Shown one piece after another: positions 34,992 through 48,053 of a stretch of 64,000 bases of DNA. Source of the DNA: the human T2T-CHM13v2.0 reference genome, Homo sapiens. The notes beneath the pieces are model-generated. The model worked only from the letters and a program-made list of their open reading frames with translations, did not search any database and was not told the DNA's origin. How positions within the stretch are numbered: the stretch's first letter is position 1; each line of letters begins with the position of its first letter. Where the stretch lies: assembly GCF_009914755.1 (NCBI RefSeq), contig NC_060926.1; one strand, written 5' to 3'. A program made the translations under genes and the position numbers.

Positions 34992-37900
34992 TTAACTAAC
35001 AATTTATCAGCTTTAACAGGGAACTTCCTTGAAAATGTATATTCCATTGCAGGCGCCTCTAAGGCCAGACAATCTCCTAAGCCATATTTCTGTACCCAAG
35101 TGCACTGCTCCCTCTGTGATGTCACATGCCCTCAGAATGAAGTCCCATAAGGAGAACAAGGCAAGGAGGCCACCAAATGATCTGAGTGGAAATTGTTGTG
35201 AAGGCCTGGCATTAAAAGAGCATCAGTGTTGCAGTTTTTCTTGACTAGCAAAACACTCTCTGACTTATTTTCCTGGATGTTTTTTTTTTTCCTTAAACTT
35301 TTCCTAATATTGAATACTAGGGTTGAGATGAGAACCTTTCTATCCTAAGTCTAGTTAAACACTATTTCATTGAAGACATATTGCCTTATGGAGTACGATA
35401 ATAATAAATGTTGAAAACACTTATTACTACTCCCAACACACCTTGTATATATCCTGTTACCATCTTAAATATTATGGCTTGATAAAATTATTTGAAAAGG
35501 AGCTTGGATGGCATTGATTCTATTCTCAATATCCTGAAACACATCAACCACCAAAATTGACAAGAAAATAGTCAGAAAAACATAGCTTAATAATCACTAG
35601 CTATTCTGGTTACTGTTGAGTGACAATTAGGTGAAATCTTAAAAAAAAAATCAAAACAGCAGTTGGAGGGTGTGGAGCTATAATAAGTTATTGGTGGACA
35701 TGTAAAATGTTTCAGCCACTTTGGAAAAAGTTGAACAGAGTATTAAACACTTACTGTAAGACCCAGCAACTACACACCTAGGTATTAGCCCAAAAGAAAT
35801 AAAGAGATATGTTCATACAAAGTCTTGTTCAAGAACATTCATAGCAGCTTTATCCGTAATAGCCCAAAGTGGAAACAACTTACATGGCAATCAACAGGTG
35901 AAAGGATCCATTATAAAATTACCAAACAGTTAAATAACACTCAAAAATAAAAAGGAGCACATAACTGGAACACATGACATCTCAATGAATCTGAGAAGCA
36001 GTTATGCTACACAAAATTCACCAGATGCAAAAGAGCACATGCTATATTTCATTTACATGAAACCCTTAAAAAGAAATTGGAATCTGCACTGACAATAAGC
36101 AGATCAAGAATTCCCTGATCTGTGTGGTGGAAAGCAAGTGGATTCCAAAAGAGTGGGTCAAACTTTTGGGAGTTATAGAAATGTTCTATGTCTGGATTTT
36201 GGAGGTGGTTCTACAGATGTATTTATTTGTGACAGTTCATTGACAGTGTATTTTATTGTAATTATTTTTTTTCAGTAAACTTAGTTAACAGGGAACAAAG
36301 TAAGTGCAAGACCAATTGGGTAATGTTGTCTTTGCATCTTCTATCTGTAGTGTACTGAAAATTGTATGAGCCAGAATATCTGAGAGAAAATCTCAGCTCT
36401 GAAACAAGAACTGTGTAGCTCTTGGCAAGATCTCTCTTTTCTAAGGAGTTTGGATTTTTCTTCTATAGAATGAGAATTTAAATACCCTTCATAGATTAAA
36501 TCAAAATGGTAGGCTTTTAATACACATTCATTATTCATTTCAACTAAAAGTCTAAGCAAAACAAAAAGTCATACAAAAATAAAAATAATATTTAAATAAG
36601 ATGAAATATTCTTTTAAAAGTTAGGAAAATGGAACTGTCACATCTTCTGTTTCTTATCAGTTTTTTAGAACTTGTAATTACATATCAAGTGTTCTTAGCA
36701 TAAAAACTGTAATACACTTAACCATGTGTGCTCACAAACGTATAGATATAAAAATGATTATATTTTCCTTCTTTCCCTATTTTTCAGAATATTTGTGTTT
36801 ATGCTCACAAGAGATACCAGCATTTAATTTCTCCGTTTGTTAGGTCCTTGTTTATTTTTGGACTGGAGTATATGGTGATCTCATATGATAAGTTTGGGAG
36901 TATTTATTCTTTTTGAATCTCTTGAAAATTTGTGTAATTTTGATAAGGTATCAAGACACCAGTCAGGCAGATATAAAATTGGAAATTTCGTTCTGGGTAA
37001 TTTATAATACAAATTTATTGTTACTTCTGTCAAGCTAGTTGCCATAAAAATACTCAGAATATCCATCTTTTGTATTTTTATCATCATAGGCTCTGCAATG
37101 ATTTTCCCCTTTCCATTTATAGTGCTGTGTTTTGGGGCTTTATTCTTTTTACTTCCCTTTTCATCAACTTGAACCAGGCTTTGATTCTTTCTGGGAGGGC
37201 ATATGTGGCACATGAGAAATGCTGGCTCTTGTGGATATGAGATCACTCACTGTTTTTGTATGTAATACTGTGGAAAGTGCTGTGACATAAACCTCTTCTT
37301 CACGAAATTGATTACTGTTCAAACATTCTTCCCCAACCAATATGGAATTTGCTGTGTTTTTAATGGTATAATTCACATAGGCATACAAACCCTGAATTGA
37401 AATAGTGGATGTGCCCTCTACCACCTGGTATATTTAAAGAAGTTAAATAATATTAACACGTAATGAGTAGCTTTGAATTTTAAAAATCTATTTGGCAAGG
37501 AATTCACAGTTCCTTCCATCTAAAATAACCTAATGATTCTTCCAGAAGTGATCCTGGTTTGATGCTTCTCTCCCCGTGGTGACAGAGGTTTGGCACATCA
37601 TCACACTTATAAAGCCCCCCATTTACCTGTCTACAACCACTGTGCAGGCATGAACATTATTTTCCCTTGCTCTAGTCCTTTTTCTACACCCTAGTTTCAC
37701 ATAATTTGAGGCTCAAAACATTTCTCAGGTAAGATTCTGGATTGAGCTAACAAGATTTCTCCAGAGGTGTCAGAGATTCCTGTACAATCATTGATGCGTC
37801 TCTAGAGGGAGTTGTAAGTATGAGGAAGAGAAGAGCTTGTAAATCTTCAAGCTGCTTTTACTCCCACTGTACTAACAACAACTACTACAATCACAACATC

Positions 37901-38131
37901 CACAACAGCACAGGACGAGCTTCTACAGCTTCCAATGCATCTATCTCAGTAAATCTCCTCTACCTCTATCTCATGCTGCTAGAATTTTTGAGAGTCATGC
38001 AAGTACTGCTGTACCCTTTAGTTCATAATTTGAAAAGAAGGAAGCCTCAGTGCAACATAGGCAGTCCTTAAACCAGTCACCCTTTAGTTTCTGGATCATC
38101 ATTATACACATAAACACAGCATGTATCATAA

Positions 38132-38203
<72 letters not shown>
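38132..38203. repeat. Compound (AT)n(CA)n microsatellite
   Basis: About 13 AT units followed by about 21 CA units. Confidence 0.95.
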
Positions 38204-38205
<2 letters not shown>

Positions 38206-38289
38206 CCACGAGGCAATACTTACCACAGTCTGTGTTTTCTGTGGTATTATATTTTCCTCTTTTTCTCTTATTCTGGTTTTTTCCTTAAA

Positions 38290-38910
38290 AAACCTCCAAC
38301 TAACTTAAGCAAATTAACAAGCAAAAAAAAAACTATTTTAAAAAGTGGACAAAGTATATGACCAAACACTTTTCAAAAAAGCATATAAACGGCCAAAAAG
38401 CATATGAAAAAGTGCTCAAAATCACTAATTATTAAAAAAATGCAAATCAAAACCACAGTGAGATACCATCTTACACCAGTTAAAATGGCCATTATTAAAA
38501 ACTTAAAAATGACAGATGCTAGTGAGTTTATGGAGAAAAGAGAATGCTTATACACTGCTGGTGGGAATATAAATCAGTTCAGCCATTATAAGAAGCAGTT
38601 TGGCAATTTTGCAAAGAACTTAAAACAGAAATATCATTTGACCCAGCAATCTCTTTATTGGATATATACTCTAAGGAATATAAATCATTTTACCATAAAG
38701 ACACATGCATGTGTATGTTCATCACTGCACTATTCCTAATAGCAAAGACATGGAAGCAACCTAAATGCCCATCAGTTGTAGATTGGATAAAGAAAATGTG
38801 GTACATATGCAACATGGAATGCTTAATATACAGCTATGAAAAATGAGATCATGTCTTTTGCAACACTGTGGATGGTGCTGGAGGCCATTATCCTAAGCAA
38901 ACTAACACAA
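38290..38910 (+). mobile_element. L1 ORF2 3' fragment
   Basis: Translates [29 protein letters not shown] and AKTWKQPKCPS. Confidence 0.85.
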
Positions 38911-39657
38911 AGATTCAAGTTTATGCTAATCAAGGCTCCTATAGTAGAAGAAAAAAAATTGTTTTAAAGTAATCAGATTTAGCATTGCTAGTCAGACTTT
39001 TATGCTGATGGACCGTGGGAAATAATTCACAATGACAGAAAAGGGGGTAGAATATGGGGGTCCCCAAACAGAGCATAAAATGAATCCCATTAAAACTCAA
39101 GCATTAAAGAGACTTATAGCTCTGGACAATGCAGGAACTGTGGATGTCATATGCTTTAAGGAATCACAAAATCATCCTCTTTGTCAATCTGCAGTAAACC
39201 TCTTCAGCTTAGACTGGTAATAACATTGGTTTAGGGCCATTACAAAATGCTTTTGAGAACATTTTACTTGCTCATGACTAAGTGTTCTTTTTTACTTAAA
39301 AAAAGATCAATTTCATGCTTACAAAAATGTAGTATGTATGTCACAAAGTATCGCTCCCAACTGGAACAATTTCACAGTGTGTTGAAGACCTGATAGCCCC
39401 ACTCTCTAAGACTTTATTAAGCACTCTCTACAAACAAGGATATTCTCCTACTTATTCCCAATACAGCATTGAAATATATTATTCCATCTAGTTCTCACAA
39501 CCACTTCGAGTTTTGCCAATAAATGCTCAAAAATGTACTTGGTAACAAAATATCCTTTAGGAAGAAACATTCTCTGCAGGCAAATCTAGGTGCCCTGGTC
39601 TGACCTGGGACACTGGGGACACTGCCCCTGTGCTGAGTTACTGAGATGAGCCAGCCA

Positions 39658-39740
39658 CGCAGCTGTATCCAGCCTGCCCCACCCCCTGCCGTTTTGCTTG
39701 TTCCCAGAGCACCACCCCCTGCCCTAAAGACTTCTTAATA
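39658..39740 (+). promoter_or_regulatory. IGKV1D-42 promoter with degenerate octamer
   Basis: The octamer position reads TTTTGCTT (39692-39699); TTAATA 39735-39740. Confidence 0.75.
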
Positions 39741-39785
39741 GGCTGGTCACACCTGTGCAGGAGTCAGTCCCAGTCAGGACACAGC

Positions 39786-40254
39786 ATGGACATGAGGGTC
39801 CCCGCTCAGCTCCTGGGGCTCCTGCTGCTCTGGCTCCCAGGTAAGGAAGGAGAACACTAGGAATTTTCTTAGCCCACTGTGCTCTGGCACTTCTGGGAAG
39901 TTCTCTTATACCATGATTCATGGTGTGGATATTTGTTTTTATGTTTCCAATCTCAGGTGTCAGATTTGACATCCAGATGACCCAGTCTCCATCTTTCCTG
40001 TCTGCATCTGTAGGAGACAGAGTCAGTATCATTTGCTGGGCAAGTGAGGGCATTAGCAGTAATTTAGCCTGGTATCTGCAGAAACCAGGGAAATCCCCTA
40101 AGCTCTTCCTCTATGATGCAAAAGATTTGCACCCTGGGGTCTCATCGAGGTTCAGTGGCAGGGGATCTGGGACGGATTTCACTCTCACCATCATCAGCCT
40201 GAAGCCTGAAGATTTTGCAGCTTATTACTGTAAACAGGACTTCAGTTACCCTCC
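39786..40254 (+). CDS. IGKV1D-42: Immunoglobulin kappa variable 1D-42 (open frame, probably non-functional)
   Basis: Leader exon 39786-39840, intron 39841-39956, V exon 39957-40254: (GVRF)[14 protein letters not shown]...[13 protein letters not shown]...DAKDLHP...CKQDFSYP. Confidence 0.92.
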
Positions 40255-40282
40255 CACAGGGTTACAAGCCTGAACATAAGCC
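40255..40282 (+). other. Defective 12-RSS of IGKV1D-42
   Basis: CACAGGG + ttacaagcctga + ACATAAGCC. Confidence 0.92.
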
Positions 40283-42655
40283 CCTTAGTGAAACAAATGT
40301 ATGAAGTTGGGTTGCACAGAGGCTCCACCTGGTGCCTCCATCTGCTGAAAGCATTTCTCAGATGTATACAAGTTTTTAAGCTTTTGGCACAAGGGATCAG
40401 GGAGTCTCCCCTGTTTTCTAACTCTCTTTCTTCATCCTCAGTCCCAGGAGCACAGACATGACAACGTCTCCCTGATTTAGTAATGATAGCAATTATGATA
40501 CCTGAGGAATCTGTGTTGTTGCATCAGTCAGGGTTCATACATCAAAATAGAAACCACTCTACAGATTTCAAGAAGGAATTGTTTTAAAACAGGGAATTAG
40601 AGTCAAACATCCATACCTGGGGGTGTGGTAAACAGAGAAGCTGATACTAGAAATACGGGACTCTCTGGTGGTCCACCAGAAGCCTGAACGCATCTGACCC
40701 TGAATGTATGGGCTGCTTAAACATGTGGTCCTCTGCCCTGTCTAGGAAGTAGAGATGTTAGGGTGCTGATTCTCTTAGCTGCCTGTAGCACGTCACTCGG
40801 TGATTCTCCAGTCCTCACCTCAGTCCATGTGTCTACCTGCAGGTGTCAATGAATATTGAATCATCCTCCTCTGACTCTTACGTATGACATGAGGGCCCAT
40901 TATTGAGCAACTCTACAAGAAACCATAGTGGGAAAAGGGTTTTTGTGAAATGTGTTTCCAGAAATGATGGTGATAATGAGGAATGGAGAGCTGACAACCA
41001 ATTAAGGTCAATATTTCCCCAAATCTCAGAATTTTCCAGATTTGGGATGACCCAAGAATATCCTTGCATGTGCTTCCACGTCTTATTAGCAAGTTTGGGA
41101 TTATTGCAAGAAAACTTCCTGTGTCATAAAGTAAACAGAAAAAGGAGAAAATTGTTTAGAATACCTAGCAATTCTTTGACAAAAAAATGAAACACTTTCT
41201 TGATAAAACAACCAAGACACCTAATTGTTCACAAAGTATATTTTTTCCTTAATGTGAAAACACTTTGCTAATCAAAATTTGTCCAGCTGCCAACTCAACT
41301 GCCTCCTCAGCATCACAATGAGCATGTTATGAATGCAAACTAACAAATGCATCTTGTACCTATTGTGTTACAATCTGCATTTTAACAAGTGTAGGGGTAA
41401 TCTACTGAAATTTTCAGGAGCTATGTTCTAGAGGATTTTACCTCAGCTCAAAATGTATATTTTTTACAGAGGCCATTTATATTAAAACCACATGTTAAAG
41501 GCACACTCAGCTTTAATTCTAATTAGTGCAAAATTTCTTTCAAAGGCATTTTTAAGATTGTAAAAGTTAAAAAAAATTATTTTTTATCAATAGATCAAAT
41601 ACCTTGATAATTAAATGCAGTAAATGTTTTTAGAAACTTTAGTATTTACCAAAGGGAAAGAACAAATTAAAACTGTGTGTACCTGGGTTAGAGATTATTG
41701 TCCTTATAATAATTATTAGACTTAAGCTGAAAAGGCAAATAATGTAAGTCCAATAATTGGATTTAAATTATTTTCCTATTCAGTTTGGTTTGGGGATTGT
41801 ATTCACTCCTGCTGCTTGCCACAGGCATGTTGTACCTTGGTTAGACCCTGCCTGGGTCCCAGATCAAACCCTATTCAAGTGCTGGTGATAATCTCAGTGC
41901 CTTGCAGCAGAACCACCCTTCTAAGCCCTTCCTTGATCAACCAGATGATTGTTATCATGAACAGGAAAATAAATGCTTAGTGTTATTAGCCACCGAGTTT
42001 TGAGTGGTTATATACCATATGTACATTTTTTTAATGACACAAATTACCATCATTATACACAAATATTATTTAGTTTCAGTTTCTTCTTAATATTTTTCTA
42101 AATGGATTACCAACTATTCATATCTATACCATCAATTTTTATAAAATGAATCTATCTGTATGGTTAGAAATGTAAATATTATATTGGTCAGGTTTTGCCC
42201 AGGTGATCAGGTCAGAAAAGGCTGTTAGCTCAGCCTGAGTTTAGAATTTCTGTCCTTGGTCACAGAATTTAATGCCTGTGTTCTCCTGTCTCGCCAGTCA
42301 TCTGGAGTCACTGAGATGGTGTTTGGAAAAGGACTGTTAGGAACAAAATAGAAAACTGTGGCCCCATCTCTCTCTTTCTACCCAAAATGTGCCTAGTTGT
42401 CTCTCTTGGTGCATGATTGTGAGAGTATAAGGAAGAGATACAGTTGTGGCAGGAAAAAGACATTGTTCTCAGGATCCCAATGGGCCTCACATGTCCAGGA
42501 ATGTTTCCACTCCAACCTTCTTGCCTCCCTTAACATAGCTGATTCCAGTTCCATACCAAAAAGCTGTCCTCTCCCAACTTAGTGGACTAGGCCAAAATCC
42601 TATCCATAAAAAGAAGAGCTCAACCATTTATCTCCTTTGGTGATGTCTCTCAAGG

Positions 42656-42957
42656 TTTTATTTTATTTTTTTCTTGAGACAGAGTCTCACTCTGTCACCC
42701 ACGATGGGATGCAATGGCACAATGTCCGCTCACTGCAGCCTCTGCCTCCCAGGTTCAAGTGATTCTCCTACCTCAACCTCCTGAGTAGCTAGGACTTCAG
42801 GCACACACCACCATGCCTGGCTATTTTTTGTATATTTAGTAAAGATGGTGTATCACCATGTTGGCCAGGCTGGTCTCAAACTCCTAACCTCAAGCAATCC
42901 ATCCTCCTTGGCCTCCCAAATTGCTGGGGTTACAGGTGTGAGCTACTGCCCCTGGCC
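42656..42957 (-). mobile_element. Alu (AluS-like), TSD tctcaaggttt
   Basis: Antisense dimer with direct repeats at 42648 and 42958. Confidence 0.92.
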
Positions 42958-42974
42958 TCTCAAGGTTTCTAAAG

Positions 42975-43723
42975 TGGAACTCTAACGTTCCTGATAAGAA
43001 CCTGGTCATCTTGCAAGATTGCTGCAAGATCTGGCATTGCTCCAAAGAACCAAATGAGATCTAGCTGGCTGAAGACGAGATGGTCTCCAGCACTGACCTT
43101 TCACTGATTTTTCCTCATTATAATCTCATTGTAATACTAAAATATCCACCAAAGGCAGAGCTTATTCTCCATTTCCTGATCATGTTATATATGTTAGAGC
43201 ATGACGCTCCACTGCACAAATGCAAAGAAAACTTTGCCTAAACATGCTTGTATGTCATTCCTTTTCCCCCTCAGCTTCCTTAAAATGGTAAGAGCTGGGC
43301 ACTTCAGGGCATTGCCACTGGGATCTCTTACCCATAGGCTGCTCCCTTGCTTTGCTCATGCCACAAACCTATTAAACCTTGCCTGAGAAAATTTCTGTTG
43401 TGGTCTGGTGTTAATTTCTATTTACAAAAGGGGCAAGGGGCCAGGTGCAATGGCTCACTCCTGTAGTCCCTGCACTTTGGGAGACTGAGGCGGTGGGTCA
43501 CCTGATGTCAGGAGTTCGAAATCAGCCTGACCAACATGGTGAAAGCCTGTCTCTACTAAATATGCAAAATTAGCTGGACGTGGTGGTGAGCACCTGCAAT
43601 CCCAGCTACTCAGGAGGCTGAGGTAGCAGAATCACTTGAACCCAGGAAGTGAAGGTTGCAGTGAGCTGAGACCTCACCACTGCACTCCAGCCTGGGCAAC
43701 AGGAGCAAAACTCTATCTCAAAA

Positions 43724-43766
<43 letters not shown>

Positions 43767-43810
43767 AAGAAAAAACAAAATTGGGATCAAGAACTTGGGG
43801 TCCCAGCAGC
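42975..43810 (+). mobile_element. Probable ERV solo LTR interrupted by an Alu
   Basis: ATTAAA signal and LTR-like 3' end (taatttctatt...aagaacttgggg); family not certain. Confidence 0.4.
43439..43775 (+). mobile_element. Alu (AluS-like) with (AAAT)n tail
   Basis: Full dimer. Confidence 0.92.
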
Positions 43811-44389
43811 AGCAAAAATTGCATCAGGTGGGAATGAAGAGCTGATTAGAATTTTCTTCCAAAAATGCCTTTTGCTTGATGCTTAGTGATTTTTACCAAG
43901 GGTCCTGAAGCTGCCTCAAAAAGTAACACTCAATTAACTCCAGCACTGCAGGTGCAAAGGTGACCACAGCTGCATGGATAAGCAGGACCCAGGCTCTGAC
44001 CCTCAGGGTACCGATACAATTGCCTTGAAGACAGATGATGATGCGATCCAGGAAGGCAGGGGACAATTCCTTGGCTGATTCTCTAATCTCCACACCACTC
44101 ATTCTACACAGCACATCTATCAAACTAGACTCAATTTCTCTTCTCCTTAATGGTTGTGAAAAACTCTGTTCACACTCCAGAACTTCATTTCCTATAAATC
44201 TGCTTCTTTCCTTTAAGCAGTTAAACTCTTTTGCCCTCTGGACATTTCTCTTGGTCTGAAGGAAACAATTTTATTAATGCTACACCAAGTTCTACCGGCA
44301 TCTTCATCCATTCTGGAATTAGAGCTTCATGTACAGCCAGGCAAGATCCATGCAACAGTCCAGACGTTGTCTTGGCAGGCCCTGAAGTC

Positions 44390-44590
44390 AAACCCTTGGG
44401 GTTGGGGACAGAGCTTACTGCTTACAGACTGTGTGACATTAGTAAAGTGACTTAACCTCCCTTTACCTCAGTTTCTATACCTGCGTTGCTGTGACAATAG
44501 TAGGTTCTACCTCACAGGTCTGTTTACTATTTAAACAATGTAAAACATTTAGAATATTATCCAACAGATAATATATGCTGCTATTAATTT
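44390..44590 (+). mobile_element. MIR SINE
   Basis: ctgtgtgac...gtgacttaacctcc...cctcagtttct is the MIR core. Confidence 0.6.
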
Positions 44591-46456
44591 CAGTATACTT
44601 ATTGCTATAATACTTAGCACTGTAATAGTCATCATTATCATAACTGGCCTAACTTAGCAGAAACTTATTGGAAATAGTGTTAAATCCAAGTTCATTACAT
44701 CCCCAGATTTTTCCACTATCCAATTGACAACACTTTAAATCCCAAGGATTCTGTCTTGATCTATGCTAAATTGCTCAGATCTTCAATCACGCCCATGCCT
44801 ATCTGTCCAATCCATTTCTTCTCACCATCCATTATCACAACCTATTATCCTATGATATGTTCAATTGTCATAAGGCTGTCCTGCTTTCTTGTGTAAGTCT
44901 TATTCTATCTTTTAAATCTTTTCTCTATTTCTCTAATACTTGTGCCATAACTCACAACCTAATCTTAGTTTCTTTGACATGCTTCTATGATAATGATGTA
45001 GATTATTTGATGTTGTTTATGTTTTACTTGCTGGATTCCTATGGAAACAAATTCCTTTTAGCTCAGGCCCTTCTAAAACCTCAGAGATAGAAGGTGAAAA
45101 AAAGCTAAGTGAACATGTATGAAGAAGAGTGATTTGGGAAACTGAAATGTCACTTCACCTTTTTCTAAAGTCATCTATTTTCTCTAGCAAGAGTTTTCAA
45201 GTTGTATTTGATTTTTTGTTTTTTAGATAAGCCATGTGTGACTTTGTCCAACACTTTTCATCTAAAGCCTTTTTTTCTCCAAAAGCCCATGTCAGATTAA
45301 CTATATCCAGTAAAGTCTGGTAGGCCTTTCTCTGATGTTCTCCCTGTATATACCCAAAAGTCCACACATGAGACTCCACCAGATTTAACAGCCTTGGCCT
45401 GGCAGAACCAGCAGGACAATGGAGGGGATCCAAGTGCCCCCCTGAGTAACCAGACGTGACAGCAGATAAAGCTGAGTGAAAGCACATCCTAATCCTTCCT
45501 GCCTTCCCTACATTTTTTGGTCAATTGAACCTATTCAGTATAACAACTTTATATTTAAGACTGGTTCATGCCAAACCAAAACTAACACCTTTTCTGGATT
45601 TTATTTTGATTAAATAGTTCCTGGTGTACATGTACCTGGGTTAGTTTAGGTGTATAAAGACTGTTTCTCTTTCTTTTCCCAGCTTCACACTTCCACTTTT
45701 TCTTTGCACCTGTCTCTCTCCAGGAAAGGGGGTGGAATGACCCCTTTTTATACCACTGTTGCAGAGAGTAGCCAGGTAAAAATGTTGACATTCTCAGCTT
45801 TCAGCTACTAAATAGATGTTGTTAAATCTACTTAAAAACAAAAGTCCTGTGTGAAATGTCTGATCAGTCAGACACAGCAAGATGAAGTAAAAGGAGAGAT
45901 TTCTGAATTCTCAATCTGAGTTTTAAAAATGAAGAAACAAGTCTGGAAGCATTTAGAAAGTATACATTTGTATGCCATATTCAATAGAATTTTGAAAAAT
46001 ATAAGATAATATAAGGCAACTTTTTGCCTAATAGAAATGAGAATAGTAGGATTTGGGGCAGCAGCAGTGAAAGCAAGCAGTGAAAGCAGATGTCAGCTTT
46101 TGGTGCAAACCAAGCTCTGTTGCTCATGTTTGTTGGGGTTCCTATGACAGTGGGGTTTGGGTTTAGCTACAAACCCAGATAGAAACTAATAAGTATCTCT
46201 TAGAAAGAATCAAGTGTTGAATAGACTCCTGCCTGAACTTCAAGGCTATGCCCTGATGTCGCTGCAAGCTCATGGGGTAACTTGTGCATCACACAGGGCT
46301 TTAGGACTTTAGTGACTCAAGGGTTAGGGAAATTACTGTGAAATCATGTCACACCTTCCTAGTCAACCCAGAAGGACACAGATGAGTTTCCAAATGTTGA
46401 TTTTCCCATATCATATATCTGGGGATGATATGAGAAAAAATGATGATTTGGGAGGC

Positions 46457-48053
46457 ACCAGAATTTCATATCCAGACAAACAAACCTTCATAAGTGAAGA
46501 AGAAATAAAATTCTTTACAGACAAGCAAATGCTGAGCTATTTTGTTACCACCAGGCCTGCCTTACAAGAGCTCCTGATGGAAGTGCTAAATATGGAAAGG
46601 AAAAACCGGTACCAGCCACTGCAAAAGCATACCAAAAAGACCAATGACACTATGAAAAAACTGTATCAACTAATGTGCAAAATAATCAACTACCATCATG
46701 ATGACAGGATCAAATCCACACATAACAATATTAACCATAAATGTAAATGGGCTAAGTGCCCCAATTAAAAGACACAGACTGGCAAACTGGATAAAGAGTC
46801 AAGACCTATTGGTGTGCTATATTCAGGAGACCCATCTCACATGCAAAGACATACATAGGCTCAAAATAAAGGGATGGAGGAATACTTACCAAGGAGACTG
46901 AAAGAAAAAAAAGCAAGGGTTGCAACCCTAGTCTCTGATAAAACAGACTTTAAACCAACAAAAATAAAAAAACAAAGAAGAATTTTACTTAATGGTAAAG
47001 GTATCAATGCAGCAAGAAGAACTAACTATCCCAAATATATATGCCCCCAACACAGGGGCACCCAGATTCAAAAAGCAAGTTCTTAGAGATGTACAAAGAG
47101 ACTTAGACCTCCACACAATAATAGTGGAAGACTTTAACACCCCACTGTCAAAATTAGACAGATCAATGAGACAGAAAATTAACAATGATATTCAGGACTT
47201 GAACTCAGCTCTGGACTAAGTGGACCTAATACATATACACAGAACTCTTCACCCTAAATCAACAGAATATACATTCTTCTCAGCACCACATAGCCCTTAT
47301 TCTAAAATTGACCACATAATTGGAAGTAAAACACTCCTCAGTAAATGCAAAAAAATAACAATCATAACAGTCTCTCAGACCACAGTGCAATCAAATCAGA
47401 ACTCAGGATTAAGAAACTCACTCAAAACCGCACCACTACATGGAAACTGAACAACCCTCTCCTGAATGACTACTTGATAAATAATGAAATTAAGGCAGAA
47501 ATAAATAAGTTCTTTGAAACCAATGAGAACAAAGACATAATGTATCAGAATCTCTGGGACACAGCTAAAGCAGTGTTAAGAGAGAAATTTATAGCACTAA
47601 ATGCCCACATCAGAAAGTGGGAAAGTGATCAGTGATAGACTGGATAAAGAAAATGTGGCACATATATACCATGGAATACTATGCAGCCATAGAAAAGAAT
47701 GAGTTCATGTTCTTTTCAGGGACATGGATGAAGCTGGAAACCATCATTCTCAGCAAACTAACACAGGAACAGAAAACCAAACACTGCATGTTCTCACTCA
47801 TAAATGGGAGTTGAACAATGAGAATACATGGACACAGGGAGGGGAACATCACACACCGGGGCCTGTCAGGAGGAGGGAGGCAAAGAAAGGGAGAGTATTA
47901 GGACAAATACCTAATGCATGTGGGGCTTAAAACCTAGATGACAGGTTGATGGGTGCAGCAAGCCACCATAGCCCACGTATACCTATGTAACAAACCTGCA
48001 TCTTCTGCACATGTACCCTAGAACTTAAAGTATAATAATAATAAATAAAAAAA
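46457..48053 (+). mobile_element. L1PA element: ORF1 end and ORF2 endonuclease joined to the 3' UTR (internal deletion at ~47625)
   Basis: FTDKQML..FVTTRPALQE (ORF1), MTGSNPHITILTINVNGL (ORF2 endonuclease), then DWIKKMWHIYTMEYYAAI and a poly-A tail. Confidence 0.92.

Noticed and set aside
40321-40339. ggctccacctggtgcctcc, a CTCF/E-box-like word after the 1D-42 RSS
   Set aside because: Two core mismatches to CTCF and not shared with the paralogs; too weak.
45197-45487. 96-aa minus-strand ORF in unique sequence
   Set aside because: No recognisable domain or splice structure; length within chance expectation.
46346-47930. Cluster of ORFs with endonuclease motifs
   Set aside because: Fragmented L1 ORF1/ORF2, not a host gene.
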